Below, one piece after another: positions 53,533-63,118 of a DNA stretch of 64,000 nt. This DNA is from Candidatus Yanofskybacteria bacterium. GTDB taxonomy: Bacteria; Patescibacteriota; Minisyncoccia; JACQLN01. Location of the stretch: NCBI GenBank assembly GCA_943359335.1, contig CALRHC010000001.1:22466-86465 (forward strand), in the 5' to 3' direction. Made by a program: the position numbers and the translations under genes. The notes beneath the pieces are model-generated. The model did no database searches. It saw only the letters and a list, made by a program, of their open reading frames with translations, and was not told where the DNA came from. Every line of letters begins with the position of its first letter. The first letter of the stretch is position 1.

Positions 53533-55248
53533 ATGAAATATAAATGGATTTTTAATGATCAGGCCGAGCCTGATTTTTTATCTAAAGCGCCGGAATATTC
53601 AGAAATAATATCTGCACTGCTTTTGGATAGAGGTTTAGATTCTAAAGAAAAAATAGAAAGTTTTTTTAATCCGGAATATTCTACCGGTTTGCACGATCCT
53701 TTTTTACTTAAAGATATGGATAAAGCTTGCGAGCGTGTCAAACGCGCTATAGCTAACAAGGAAAAAATTGTTATCTATTCCGATTACGATGTAGATGGCG
53801 TTTGTTCGGCTACAGTTTTAGGAGAATATTTTAAAAGCATAGATTATCCAATAGAGGTGTATATGCCCGATCGGCAAAAAGAAGGTCACGGTGTTAATCA
53901 AACTGCTTTAGAATCAATTATAGCTAATGGAGCTAAACTTATAATAACTTTGGATTGCGGTACTACTAACATTAAAGAAATAGAGTGGGCGAAAAATAAT
54001 GGGGTAGATATGATCGTGGTAGATCACCATCAAACCGTGGCAGGAAATCCAGCGACAGTGGCTTTTGTAAATCCCTATCAAGAAGGCGACACATATCCGT
54101 TTAAGGGTTTGTGTGGCACGGGACTCGCTTTTAAATTACACTGCGCTCTTAAGGGTGGAGATAGTTCTTCGCCGAAATGGCTTTTAGATTTAGTGGCTAT
54201 GGCTACTGTAGCCGATATGATGCCACTTTTGGATGAGAATAGGATGTTGGTTAAATATGGTTTATTTGTTTTAGCTAAAACAAAAAGAGTTGGTTTAAGA
54301 AAATTAATGGAATCAGCTGGAGTTGAGGCTAAATATAATTTAGAAACCATTAGCACTAATCTAGATAGCTTTACTTTGGGCTTTACTTTAGGCCCACGCA
54401 TAAATGCGGCAAGCCGTATGGCTCATGCCAATTTAGCTTACGAACTTTTAACCAGTAACGATGAATCTAAAATAGATGAATTAGTTTTATCTCTTAACGA
54501 TAATAATCGTAAACGTCAGCAAGTTGTAGATAAAGTTTTAAAAGATGTTCGTTCCAGAATAGACGCTTATTCAGAATTACCTAGTTTTATAGTGGAGGGT
54601 TCATCTGATTGGTCTATTAATCTTTTGGGTTTAGTAGCTTCAAAAATTACAGAGCGTTATCAAAGGCCAGTGTTGTTGTATCAAAACAAAGATGAGACTA
54701 AGGCCAAAGGCTCGCTTCGTAGTATAGACGGTTTTAATTTAATTGATGCCTTAGGATCGATTAGCAATTTACTTATTCAATATGGTGGGCATACTGCTGC
54801 GGGCGGTTGCACCTTCGAAATTTCTAATGCAGAAAAAGTAAAACTAGGTTTAGATGCTTATGCTAAAAATATTTTAACTCCAGAATTATTACAAAAAAAG
54901 TTAAAAATTAGCGCAGAAATAAATTTGGCTAAAATAGATTGGCCACTAATGGAAACACTCAAAAAATTTGAACCATTTGGCATGGCAAATCCTAAGCCAA
55001 AGTTTTTAAGTAGAGATATCGAAGTTACAAAACTGGTATTACTAGGGCAGAAAGCGGAACATTTAAAAATTTTTATAACCGATAAAAAAATAAATAAAAC
55101 TTTTCCAGTTTTGTTTTTTAGACATAATGGACTTGCCGAAGATTTTAAAATCGGCGACACTTTAGATGTTGTTTACGAGTTAGATATTAACGAATGGAAC
55201 GGGAATAGGGAAATACAATTAAAATTAATAGATTATGCCAAAAAATAA
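53533..55248 (+). CDS. recJ: single-stranded-DNA-specific exonuclease RecJ
   Basis: DHH motifs (YSDYDVDGV, DCGT, VVDHHQ) and DHHA1 YGGHTAAGG. Confidence 0.85.
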   Translation: MKYKWIFNDQAEPDFLSKAPEYSEIISALLLDRGLDSKEKIESFFNPEYSTGLHDPFLLKDMDKACERVKRAIANKEKIVIYSDYDVDGVCSATVLGEYFKSIDYPIEVYMPDRQKEGHGVNQTALESIIANGAKLIITLDCGTTNIKEIEWAKNNGVDMIVVDHHQTVAGNPATVAFVNPYQEGDTYPFKGLCGTGLAFKLHCALKGGDSSSPKWLLDLVAMATVADMMPLLDENRMLVKYGLFVLAKTKRVGLRKLMESAGVEAKYNLETISTNLDSFTLGFTLGPRINAASRMAHANLAYELLTSNDESKIDELVLSLNDNNRKRQQVVDKVLKDVRSRIDAYSELPSFIVEGSSDWSINLLGLVASKITERYQRPVLLYQNKDETKAKGSLRSIDGFNLIDALGSISNLLIQYGGHTAAGGCTFEISNAEKVKLGLDAYAKNILTPELLQKKLKISAEINLAKIDWPLMETLKKFEPFGMANPKPKFLSRDIEVTKLVLLGQKAEHLKIFITDKKINKTFPVLFFRHNGLAEDFKIGDTLDVVYELDINEWNGNREIQLKLIDYAKK

Positions 55249-55684
55249 TAAAGTAGTTGTTTATACAGACGGTGGTTCTAGGGGTAATCCTGGCCCATCG
55301 GCGGTTGGAGTGGTGGTTTACGATGAATCGGAGAAAATAGTAAAAGAATATAATCAGGTTCTAGAAGTTTCTACCAATAATGAAGCTGAATACGAAGCGG
55401 TTATTTTTGCTTTAAAAAAACTAAAACAGCTTTTCGGTAAGGATGGCACTAAAAATTTAGATATAGAATTTAGAATGGATAGCCAGCTTATTGCTTCGCA
55501 ATTAGGTGGTAAATTTAAAATAAACGAAGAAAGAATGCAGGCACTTTTTATTAAGGTTTGGAATTTAAAATTTGAATTTGGAAATATAATCTTTAAATAT
55601 ATTCCACGCGAACAAAACAAACGCGCTGATCAATTAGTAAACGATGCGCTTGACGGCAAAGGAAAAAACGATAAATTACTCTAA
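55235..55684 (+). CDS. rnhA: ribonuclease H (type 1)
   Basis: VVVYTDGGSRGNPGPSAVGVVVYD, NNEAEY, catalytic D/E/D spacing; overlaps recJ by 14 nt. Confidence 0.8.
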   Translation: MPKNNKVVVYTDGGSRGNPGPSAVGVVVYDESEKIVKEYNQVLEVSTNNEAEYEAVIFALKKLKQLFGKDGTKNLDIEFRMDSQLIASQLGGKFKINEERMQALFIKVWNLKFEFGNIIFKYIPREQNKRADQLVNDALDGKGKNDKLL

Positions 55685-55687
55685 AAA

Positions 55688-55727
55688 CAAAACATCCAGC
55701 TCGCCTAGAGAGCTGGATGTTTTTGTT
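55688..55727. terminator. bidirectional terminator AACATCCAGCTC-GCCTAGA-GAGCTGGATGTT with A-run/T-run; 3' end of both rnhA (+) and rnpB (-)
   Basis: 12-bp perfect stem; core CCAGCT...CCTAGA...AGCTGG repeated at 56221. Confidence 0.7.
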
Positions 55728-56170
55728 AAGAAAGTCGTAAGCCGAATTCTGTCTTGCCTCAACGGCAAGGATAATCATCTGTCTGGGATTGTTATTGCTA
55801 ACAACCTCTGGCGACTCTTCCTTAATAATTTAGATTACTAAGGACACGGTCTTGCACCAAGTGGGGTTTACAACTATTTAGTATTGCTACTAAACAGAAT
55901 CGCGTTTGACGCGACACTTTTCACCTTTAGACTCAATTTTTACATTGAGCTTAGTATAGTCTCTGTTGCATAGGCTCACGGAATCAGCTGTCATCAATGA
56001 ACCTATATCCAATAAAGGACACTTTCCCTGGGCTTGAACCTAATTTTCATTAGATCTGCTCCCGGTTGCATTTCGCAACCACTTGTTTCCTCCGTTTATT
56101 CAACGGATTCGGTGTTCGGACTTTCCTCAATCCATTTTTAGATGAATTGCGATTATCTCACTTTCTTAAC
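55725..56170 (-). ncRNA. rnpB: RNase P RNA (bacterial type)
   Basis: Minus strand carries the universal GAGGAAAGUCCGAACACC (P4 5' strand), ACAGAAUUCGGCUUAC (P4 3' strand) and a perfect P1 GUUAAGAAAGU/ACUUUCUUAAC; minus-strand promoter TTGACT-17-TATCAT at 56205..56177; no ORF of substance. Confidence 0.85.
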
Positions 56171-56220
56171 AATATAATGATAATGTTTTTGTTATATTTA
56201 GTCAATATTGAATTTGGCAT

Positions 56221-56257
56221 AACAATACCCAGCTTACCTAGAAAGCTGGGTATTGTT
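56221..56257. repeat. perfect 15-bp palindrome AACAATACCCAGCTT-ACCTAGA-AAGCTGGGTATTGTT between the rnpB promoter and the 56314 gene
   Basis: Same CCAGCT / CCTAGA-loop / AGCTGG core as the rnpB terminator hairpin at 55690. Confidence 0.6.
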
Positions 56258-56313
56258 ATTATCAAGGTGTTACTGATAAACTTAATAGATATTTCTTTTA
56301 TTTTTCTTACTAA

Positions 56314-58719
56314 ATGAGCTCGGATTTTGTTTTTATAGACCCTAATAAAATTCCTCCACGCAGATCGGTTAAACCAGCGAGGTCTGGTCGTTTTAAGGTT
56401 AAGAAAATATCATCTAAGGTTTGGGAAAATAATTATGAAGAAGAGGTAGAATCCCAAGAAGAAGTTCCCGAATTTAATTTACTCGATAGTGTTTTACCGC
56501 AAAATAATATTGCGGTTCAAGCCAGTAGCATTGACCCTTTGAGTCAAGCTATATTTACACCAGAAAAAGTTGTTTTTAGTTCTATAAATAATTATTTACC
56601 TCAAGCAGTTGTAAAAAATAATACAAAAACAAAAGAAGATTTTCGCAAAGAACTTTTAGCGGAAATAGAAAATATCTATGCAAAGGACGATGAACTTTCT
56701 AGAAGAATAAACGAAATGTCTTCTACTTCTCGTTCGGTTCCAATGCATCTAGTCAGCTCTTCTATAATAAATAAAGATATTGATGATAATGGTAATTTAA
56801 AAATTCATATTGCTCCTAAACAAGATTTTTATAAAAACTTTGGAGATAAAGAAAATAAAGATATTTATATTGCAGAGACTTTCATTAAAAAAGATTTGAC
56901 CGAACGTTATAGAGCGGAAAGCGATTGGTTTCAGGTTAGTTCGACAGCGCCTTCTAGGGTTTCTGATTTAAAAAAATACTATGAAGCTAAAGATAGACGT
57001 GGTTCTAATTCTCAACAGGTAAAGTTTGAATTATCTAAAAAAGATAATAGATTTAATTTAAAATCTATCGTTGGGTATATGTCGGTATTTTTAGTCCCTG
57101 TTTCCTTGGTGTATCTTTTTGTTTCCGGTCAGTTTTCTCTTTCTGGTTTTGTTTTAGGTAGTGGAAACTTTGTAAAAACTGCTTTGGGTGGGGTTAATTC
57201 TAAGTTATTAAGCACATCTAGCTTTACCTTGGTTAATTCTAAGGATAGTGAAATTTTTCCACAACTTACAGAATTTAGTTCACAAATTAAAGAGGCTGGT
57301 TTAGGTAAAGAGTTAAGCGATAGTATAGAAAGCTTTTTACAAAAGAATGCAGAATTTTCTTGGTTTAATCTTTTTAAGAGTAAATCTATAAACAATAATT
57401 TTTCTATAATCGAGACAGAAAGTTTAGCCAAAGTTAAAAATGCTTTAAACACTTTAAGTATTAATAATAAAAATTTAATTAGGCTTAGTTCGGAGTTTTC
57501 TAACTATCTTTCCATCATTTCTTTTTGGAATCAGGTTTTGTTGCCAGATAAAAATTATTTAATAGTAGTTTTAAATTCTGAACGTTCTTGGCCGGGTGGG
57601 GGTGAACCAAAAAATTATGTTGTTGTTAGTACCTCTAAAGAAGGTTTAGAAACAGTGTCATCTGGTAAATTTTCCGAACTAGATGCTGCATTCGATTTAA
57701 AAGTAGTTCCGCCCGATCCAATTAAAGTAGCTAGCACTTCCTGGTTACCATCGCAATCTTTTTGGTTTATGGATTTTAAAGAATCCGCCAAAACAATTAC
57801 AAACTTTTTTGAAAATACTTCTGGAAAAAGAATCGACGGCGTAATTGCGGTAAATGAAAGCTTTTTAAAAAATTTAAGTTTTAAAGAAAGTTTAACAATG
57901 GATACTTCTTCACCTAGTTGGTTTTATGGTTTTTACGAAGCTTTTGGTCGCAAGCCGGCTGGCAGATGGGTATCTTTAGCAAGTATTTTAAATAATGGTT
58001 TAAATTCTCACGATGTTCAGTTTTATTTTAAAGATTCTGCGTTAGAAAAATTTGTTGAAGGCTCTGGTTGGTCAACTAAAGTTGCTAGTGAAGACTCAAA
58101 AGATATTTTAGGTGTTTCTTGGGCTAGTATAAAGGGCGGATCTTTAAATTTGGAACTGGCTGAATATAGAACACAAATATTTCAAGATGGTTCGGTTATA
58201 GTAAAACTTAATTTAATGGTTCGTCAAAATATTGGAGATGAATCGTTAAGTTATTTAAAAGTATATTTGCCAAAAGGTGCTCAAGTTTTGAAAGCAGAAG
58301 GTTTTTCGGTTAAAGAAAAAATTCCAAAATTTAGTTATGCAGTTAAGGGTTTTTCTTCGGATAGAAGAATAAATAATTTTACAGATTCTAAGGCGGGCGA
58401 TATAGATATTTTTGATGAAGGCAATAACGCTGTTGTGGGTGGTTGGATTAACTTAAAAAGAAACGCAAGAAACACGGTTAATTTGGAATATATTTCTTCT
58501 ACAAAAATTTCGCGGGTAGATGGAAAAGGAGATTATTCTTTGAAAATTATTCGGCCAAGTCAAAAAGATAATGTCCCTTTTCGTTATGTGATTACTCCAC
58601 AAGAAGGTGTAATTATTGAATCTTTAGAACCAAATGGTTTTGTAAGCCAGAACCTGGGTGAATATCAGGGCAATATTTCGCAGGATCTAAATTTAATTTC
58701 ATCGTTTTTGTTTAAATAA
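56314..58719 (+). CDS. large hypothetical membrane-anchored protein (801 aa; TM near residue 250, Ser/Asn-rich extracytoplasmic region)
   Basis: Single internal TM YMSVFLVPVSLVYLFVSGQF; no recognised motif. Confidence 0.4.
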   Translation: MSSDFVFIDPNKIPPRRSVKPARSGRFKVKKISSKVWENNYEEEVESQEEVPEFNLLDSVLPQNNIAVQASSIDPLSQAIFTPEKVVFSSINNYLPQAVVKNNTKTKEDFRKELLAEIENIYAKDDELSRRINEMSSTSRSVPMHLVSSSIINKDIDDNGNLKIHIAPKQDFYKNFGDKENKDIYIAETFIKKDLTERYRAESDWFQVSSTAPSRVSDLKKYYEAKDRRGSNSQQVKFELSKKDNRFNLKSIVGYMSVFLVPVSLVYLFVSGQFSLSGFVLGSGNFVKTALGGVNSKLLSTSSFTLVNSKDSEIFPQLTEFSSQIKEAGLGKELSDSIESFLQKNAEFSWFNLFKSKSINNNFSIIETESLAKVKNALNTLSINNKNLIRLSSEFSNYLSIISFWNQVLLPDKNYLIVVLNSERSWPGGGEPKNYVVVSTSKEGLETVSSGKFSELDAAFDLKVVPPDPIKVASTSWLPSQSFWFMDFKESAKTITNFFENTSGKRIDGVIAVNESFLKNLSFKESLTMDTSSPSWFYGFYEAFGRKPAGRWVSLASILNNGLNSHDVQFYFKDSALEKFVEGSGWSTKVASEDSKDILGVSWASIKGGSLNLELAEYRTQIFQDGSVIVKLNLMVRQNIGDESLSYLKVYLPKGAQVLKAEGFSVKEKIPKFSYAVKGFSSDRRINNFTDSKAGDIDIFDEGNNAVVGGWINLKRNARNTVNLEYISSTKISRVDGKGDYSLKIIRPSQKDNVPFRYVITPQEGVIIESLEPNGFVSQNLGEYQGNISQDLNLISSFLFK

Positions 58720-58746
58720 AAAACCGACCCGTTTTGGGTCGGTTTG
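58720..58746. terminator. bidirectional terminator AAACCGACCC-GTTTTG-GGTCGGTTT
   Basis: Perfect 10-bp stem between convergent genes. Confidence 0.75.
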
Positions 58747-58768
58747 TGGTAACACTCTTAAGGAGATA

Positions 58769-59431
58769 TTATTCGGTTTCTATTTCCAGATTCTCCAATT
58801 CTTGTCTGATGGTATAGCGCGAGATACCTCTTGATCGACGTAGTTTTCCAACCAAGTTTACCGATACGCCTGCACATTCGGCTATGATCTTATCGCTCAA
58901 ATGTCCAAGAAATGGACCGACTTTATCTCTCCAATTGTTTTTATTTATTTCTGTAAAAGAATATTTTTTTCCGATTCTTTCAAAGGCCTGGGTAAGTCCT
59001 CCAAAGTGAACCACGGCCGAGTGGTAAATAGCTGGATGTTCCTTTAGCATCTCTTCCGGTGATAGACCTTCTTTGCCAAACAACTTAGGCAAAGTCTGAG
59101 CCGCACAGAAAAAAGGCAACTCTATATTGCTATATCTACCATGGCAAATAAGCTTGGGTTGAAAGCGATTGCCGCAACCAGAACAAGCTGTGGTGAAATC
59201 ATCTGGATCAGGTAAAAAACCTTTAATAATCTCTAGAGCCGTCATTTTACAACTACACTTGGGGCATGTTGCTTGGGGTTCGTACTTGTCGCCCCTCAAC
59301 GCTTCAACTAAATCCAAACGCATCTGAAGTTGTGCTTGCTGGATATATATACGTTGCTCAACATTCAATGATAGAGTGATTCTTTGCATATTTCTCAAAC
59401 TCTGCGAAAGTGACACTTCTTGCATCAACAT
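58769..59431 (-). CDS. hypothetical zinc-ribbon plus C-terminal HTH protein (220 aa), GC about 42%
   Basis: CPKCSC...CSGCGNRF ribbon; C-terminal LVGKLRRSRGISRYTIRQEL resembles an HTH. Confidence 0.4.
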   Translation of the reverse strand: MLMQEVSLSQSLRNMQRITLSLNVEQRIYIQQAQLQMRLDLVEALRGDKYEPQATCPKCSCKMTALEIIKGFLPDPDDFTTACSGCGNRFQPKLICHGRYSNIELPFFCAAQTLPKLFGKEGLSPEEMLKEHPAIYHSAVVHFGGLTQAFERIGKKYSFTEINKNNWRDKVGPFLGHLSDKIIAECAGVSVNLVGKLRRSRGISRYTIRQELENLEIETE

Positions 59432-59580
59432 CTTTTCTCTCCTCTTAAGGGGTTTAAATGAGCTTTTTTTATTTTACTTAATATTATATATTTGTCAAGT
59501 GACAACCTCTTTAGTCCGCAGTTTAATTTGGAATGAATGTTTTTATTTGTACTCTCTATTTATGCTAATATCTAGTAACA

Positions 59581-61200
59581 ATGGCTCTAGACAGATTTAA
59601 CGGCTTTTTAAGCCAAAAAACAAAAGGTGTTTTGGCTGCAGCAAGTATATTGGCTTTGGCTGGTCTTTTGAGCCGTTTGCTTGGCTTTGGCAGAAACGCA
59701 TTGCTGGCTTACTACTTTGGAGCAGGCGATGTTTTGGATGCTTATTTTTTAGCTTTTAGATTACCTGATTTCTTTTTTAATCTATTATTTTTTGGTGCTT
59801 TTTCAGCTGGTTTTGTTCCGGTGTTTATAAAAATTAAAAACGAAAATGCAGAGCGTGCTTGGAAGTTGGCTAGCGATGTTTTAAGTATTACACTTGTGAT
59901 ATTTGCAGTGTTTGGCGCTTTATTTTTTGTAGCGGCTCCATGGATTTTAAAACTAATTGCCCCCGGTTTTGAAGGCGAAAAATTGGACCTTGCTGTAAAA
60001 TTAAGCAGAGTAATGTTTTTACAGCCCATGTTTTTAGGTGTGTCGGTTGTGTTTTCGGGAATACTACAATCAACACATAGATTTTTGGCTTATGCTTTTG
60101 CTCCAATTTTTTATAACATCGGGATAATAATTGGTATTTTATTTTTTGCTACTAGACTCGGTCCCATTGGTTTAGCTTGGGGTGTTGTTTTGGGTGCTTT
60201 GCTACATATGTTAGTACAGTATCCAGCAGCTAAGCATAGTGGTTTTAATTACAAACCTTCTTTTTCTTTTAAGGAAAATTCTATAAGGGATATTTTTCAT
60301 ATAATAATTCCACGTTCTTTGAGTTTGATTTTGGCTCAACTTAATTTAGTTGTTTTGGCCGGAGTAGCTTCTTTTTTAGGTTCGGGCAGAGTTTCTATTT
60401 TTAGTTTTGCAAACGATTTAAACGGTTTAATTTTGGGTGTGGTAGCAGTGCCGCTTGGTGTGGCCGTGTTTCCGGTTTTTGCTAGCGAAATATCTAAAAA
60501 AAGATTCGAAGAGTTTTCTGCTATTTTTATAAAAACATTGCGCCAGCTTTTATTTGTAATGATACCAGCCACTGCTTTGTTTTTTGTTTTGCGTGCACAA
60601 ATAGTGCGTTTAACTTTAGGCTATGGCCAGTTTGACTGGCTTGATACTGTTTTAACGATAGATACCTTAGGATTATTTTTGATAGGTTTAATTTTTCAAG
60701 GAATGCTCGCTATTATTCTTAGAGCATTTTTTGCTTTGGAAGACGCCAAGACAACTTTTTGGGTTCTATTATTTGGTGTTTTAATAAGCGTAGTTAGCGC
60801 TCTGTCTTTGGGACCAATTATGGATGTTCCGGCTTTGGCGCTTGCAATGAGCATAGCTTCTGTGTTTAATACAGTTGTTTTATTTATATTTTTAACAAAA
60901 AGAATTAAGACTATTTCTTTAAAACTTTTATTAAAACCAGTTAGTGTCTTTATTCTTGGAGCCTTAGTTGCTGGTTTTTTGGCTCACTATACACTTTATT
61001 TTATAGATAGATTTATAGATACGCACAAAGTTTTACATTTAATTATACAGGGGTTATTATCGGGTCTTGTTGGGTTAGTAGCGTACTTTGTTGTTTTGGG
61101 TTTTTCTGGAATAGAGGAATACAAGTTTATTGTTGAAAAAATTAAATCTAGTAAAAAAATTATTTTACCGAACTTAGACGAAGAAACACATCAAAGCTAG
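59581..61200 (+). CDS. murJ: lipid II flippase MurJ (MviN)
   Basis: 14-TM MOP-family; N-terminal LLSRLLGFGRNALLAYYFGAGDVLDAYFLAFRLPDFF. Confidence 0.85.
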   Translation: MALDRFNGFLSQKTKGVLAAASILALAGLLSRLLGFGRNALLAYYFGAGDVLDAYFLAFRLPDFFFNLLFFGAFSAGFVPVFIKIKNENAERAWKLASDVLSITLVIFAVFGALFFVAAPWILKLIAPGFEGEKLDLAVKLSRVMFLQPMFLGVSVVFSGILQSTHRFLAYAFAPIFYNIGIIIGILFFATRLGPIGLAWGVVLGALLHMLVQYPAAKHSGFNYKPSFSFKENSIRDIFHIIIPRSLSLILAQLNLVVLAGVASFLGSGRVSIFSFANDLNGLILGVVAVPLGVAVFPVFASEISKKRFEEFSAIFIKTLRQLLFVMIPATALFFVLRAQIVRLTLGYGQFDWLDTVLTIDTLGLFLIGLIFQGMLAIILRAFFALEDAKTTFWVLLFGVLISVVSALSLGPIMDVPALALAMSIASVFNTVVLFIFLTKRIKTISLKLLLKPVSVFILGALVAGFLAHYTLYFIDRFIDTHKVLHLIIQGLLSGLVGLVAYFVVLGFSGIEEYKFIVEKIKSSKKIILPNLDEETHQS

Positions 61201-61230
61201 TATTTAGAATAGAGACAAGAAAAAACAAAG

Positions 61231-63030
61231 ATGAAACCAGAAACTCAAAATATAAGAAACTTTTCAATAATTGCCCATATCGATCACGGCAAGTCTACTT
61301 TGGCCGATAGGCTTTTAGAATTAACGAAAACCGTAGAAGTGCGCCAGATGCATTCGCAGTATCTAGATATGATGGATTTAGAACAGGAACGTGGCATAAC
61401 CATTAAAATGCAGCCGGTTAGAATGCAATACAATGGTTATATTTTAAATTTAATAGATACACCAGGGCATGTAGATTTTTCCTACGAAGTTTCCCGTTCT
61501 TTGGCTGCAGTAGAAGGCGTTATTTTATTAGTAGATGGAACTAAAGGTATACAAGCGCAAACCTTGGCGCATTTGAGCCAGGCTCAAAAGCAAAATAAAG
61601 TTATAATTGCGGCGGTAAATAAAATAGATTTACCTAATGCTCGCCCAGAAGAAATAGAAGAAGAGTTAAAAAATCTTTTAGGTCAAGATGTAGAAATTTT
61701 TAAAATATCGGCTAAAGACGGCACCAATGTAGATAAGCTTTTAGATACAGTTATAGAAAGAGTGCCTTCACCTAAAAATTCACCAAGCTCTTTAGATAGA
61801 GCTTTGATTTTTGATTCCACTTACGATTCTTACAAAGGAGTTTTAGCATATGTACGTGTTTTTAACGGTAGTTTTAGGGGTGATCAAAAAATAAAATTAA
61901 TCGCTCAAAATAAAGAAGCAGGAATTATGGAAGTTGGGCATTTTAAACCCCAGCTTTCGGTTCAAAAAGAAATCAAAGAAGGGGAAATAGGTTTTATTGC
62001 CACAGGCTTAAAAGACCCTTCACTTATAAGAGTGGGTGACACCGCAGTTATTTTAAATTCGGAATCTCAATTTTTAGATTTAAAAAACTTTGCCCTAGAA
62101 GGTTACAAAGATCCTCGTCCAGTTGTATTTGCCAGTATGTTTCCAAAGGATGGTGCGGAGTTTGCTATGTTAAAAGATTCCTTACTTAAACTTAAACTTT
62201 CCGATGCGGCTTTAACTTTCGAACTAGATTCACAAGAAGTTTTAGGACGAGGTTTTAGATGTGGGTTTTTGGGTTCCTTGCATATGGAAATTGTTTTAGA
62301 ACGCTTGGAACGGGAATATAATTTATCTTTAATAACAACGACACCTTCGGTAAGTTACGAAATAATTTTAAGAGATGGAACAATTCAGAATATTTTCTCG
62401 GCGGCTGATTTGCCAACTTCTGATAGATATTCAGAAGTTCGTGAACCTTGGGTTTCTTTAACTTTGCTTTCACCTTCAAAATATATTGGAGGTATTTTAG
62501 AACTTTTAGCTCACCGCCGCGGAATTTCTAAACACACTGAATATATTTCGGAAGACAGGGTAGAAATTTTTTATGAAATACCCCTTGCCGAAATTATTGT
62601 AGATTTTCACGATAAGTTAAAAAGCGTTTCTTCGGGCTATGCTTCGCTAAGTTACGAATTTTTAGAACTTAGAAAAGGCGATTTAATTAAATTAGATATT
62701 TTAGTAGCAGGTGAACTAGTTGATGCTTTAAGCCGAATTGTGCCGAGCGATCAAGCCCAAGACGAAGGCAAAAGAATTGTAGAAAGATTAAAAGAACTTT
62801 TACCAAGGCAGTGGTTCGAAGTAATGTTACAAGCCGCCATTGGTGGAAAAATAATTGCTCGCGAAAATATCGCCGCTTTAAAGAAAGATGTAACTAGCCA
62901 TATGTATGGAGGCGATATTACACGCAAAATGAAGCTTAGGGAAAAGCAAAAAAAGGGTAAGAAAAAAATGAAAGAAAGGGGAAGAGTAGACATTCCAAAC
63001 TCTGTTTTTTTCGAATTATTAAAGCGCTAG
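61231..63030 (+). CDS. lepA: elongation factor 4 (LepA)
   Basis: G domain AHIDHGKST, DTPGHVDF, NKID; LepA C-terminal domain. Confidence 0.9.
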   Translation: MKPETQNIRNFSIIAHIDHGKSTLADRLLELTKTVEVRQMHSQYLDMMDLEQERGITIKMQPVRMQYNGYILNLIDTPGHVDFSYEVSRSLAAVEGVILLVDGTKGIQAQTLAHLSQAQKQNKVIIAAVNKIDLPNARPEEIEEELKNLLGQDVEIFKISAKDGTNVDKLLDTVIERVPSPKNSPSSLDRALIFDSTYDSYKGVLAYVRVFNGSFRGDQKIKLIAQNKEAGIMEVGHFKPQLSVQKEIKEGEIGFIATGLKDPSLIRVGDTAVILNSESQFLDLKNFALEGYKDPRPVVFASMFPKDGAEFAMLKDSLLKLKLSDAALTFELDSQEVLGRGFRCGFLGSLHMEIVLERLEREYNLSLITTTPSVSYEIILRDGTIQNIFSAADLPTSDRYSEVREPWVSLTLLSPSKYIGGILELLAHRRGISKHTEYISEDRVEIFYEIPLAEIIVDFHDKLKSVSSGYASLSYEFLELRKGDLIKLDILVAGELVDALSRIVPSDQAQDEGKRIVERLKELLPRQWFEVMLQAAIGGKIIARENIAALKKDVTSHMYGGDITRKMKLREKQKKGKKKMKERGRVDIPNSVFFELLKR

Positions 63031-63087
63031 AAAATGGCTTAAAACCGAGTTTTTCTAGCAATATTTACGGTTTTTGGGTTGTAGGAC

Positions 63088-63115
63088 TTGACAGGATTTA
63101 TGGCTATGGTATACT
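63088..63115 (+). promoter_or_regulatory. sigma-70 promoter TTGACA-16-TATACT driving the GC-rich locus
   Basis: Consensus hexamers immediately upstream of the compositional jump. Confidence 0.55.
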
Positions 63116-63118
63116 GGA

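Noticed and set aside
55593-56317. ORF-track entries 55593..55778(-), 55644..55841(+) and 56066..56317(+)
   Set aside because: They lie over the RNase P RNA gene and its flanks; the conserved P4/P1 RNA motifs explain the region, and the peptides are low-complexity with no start context.
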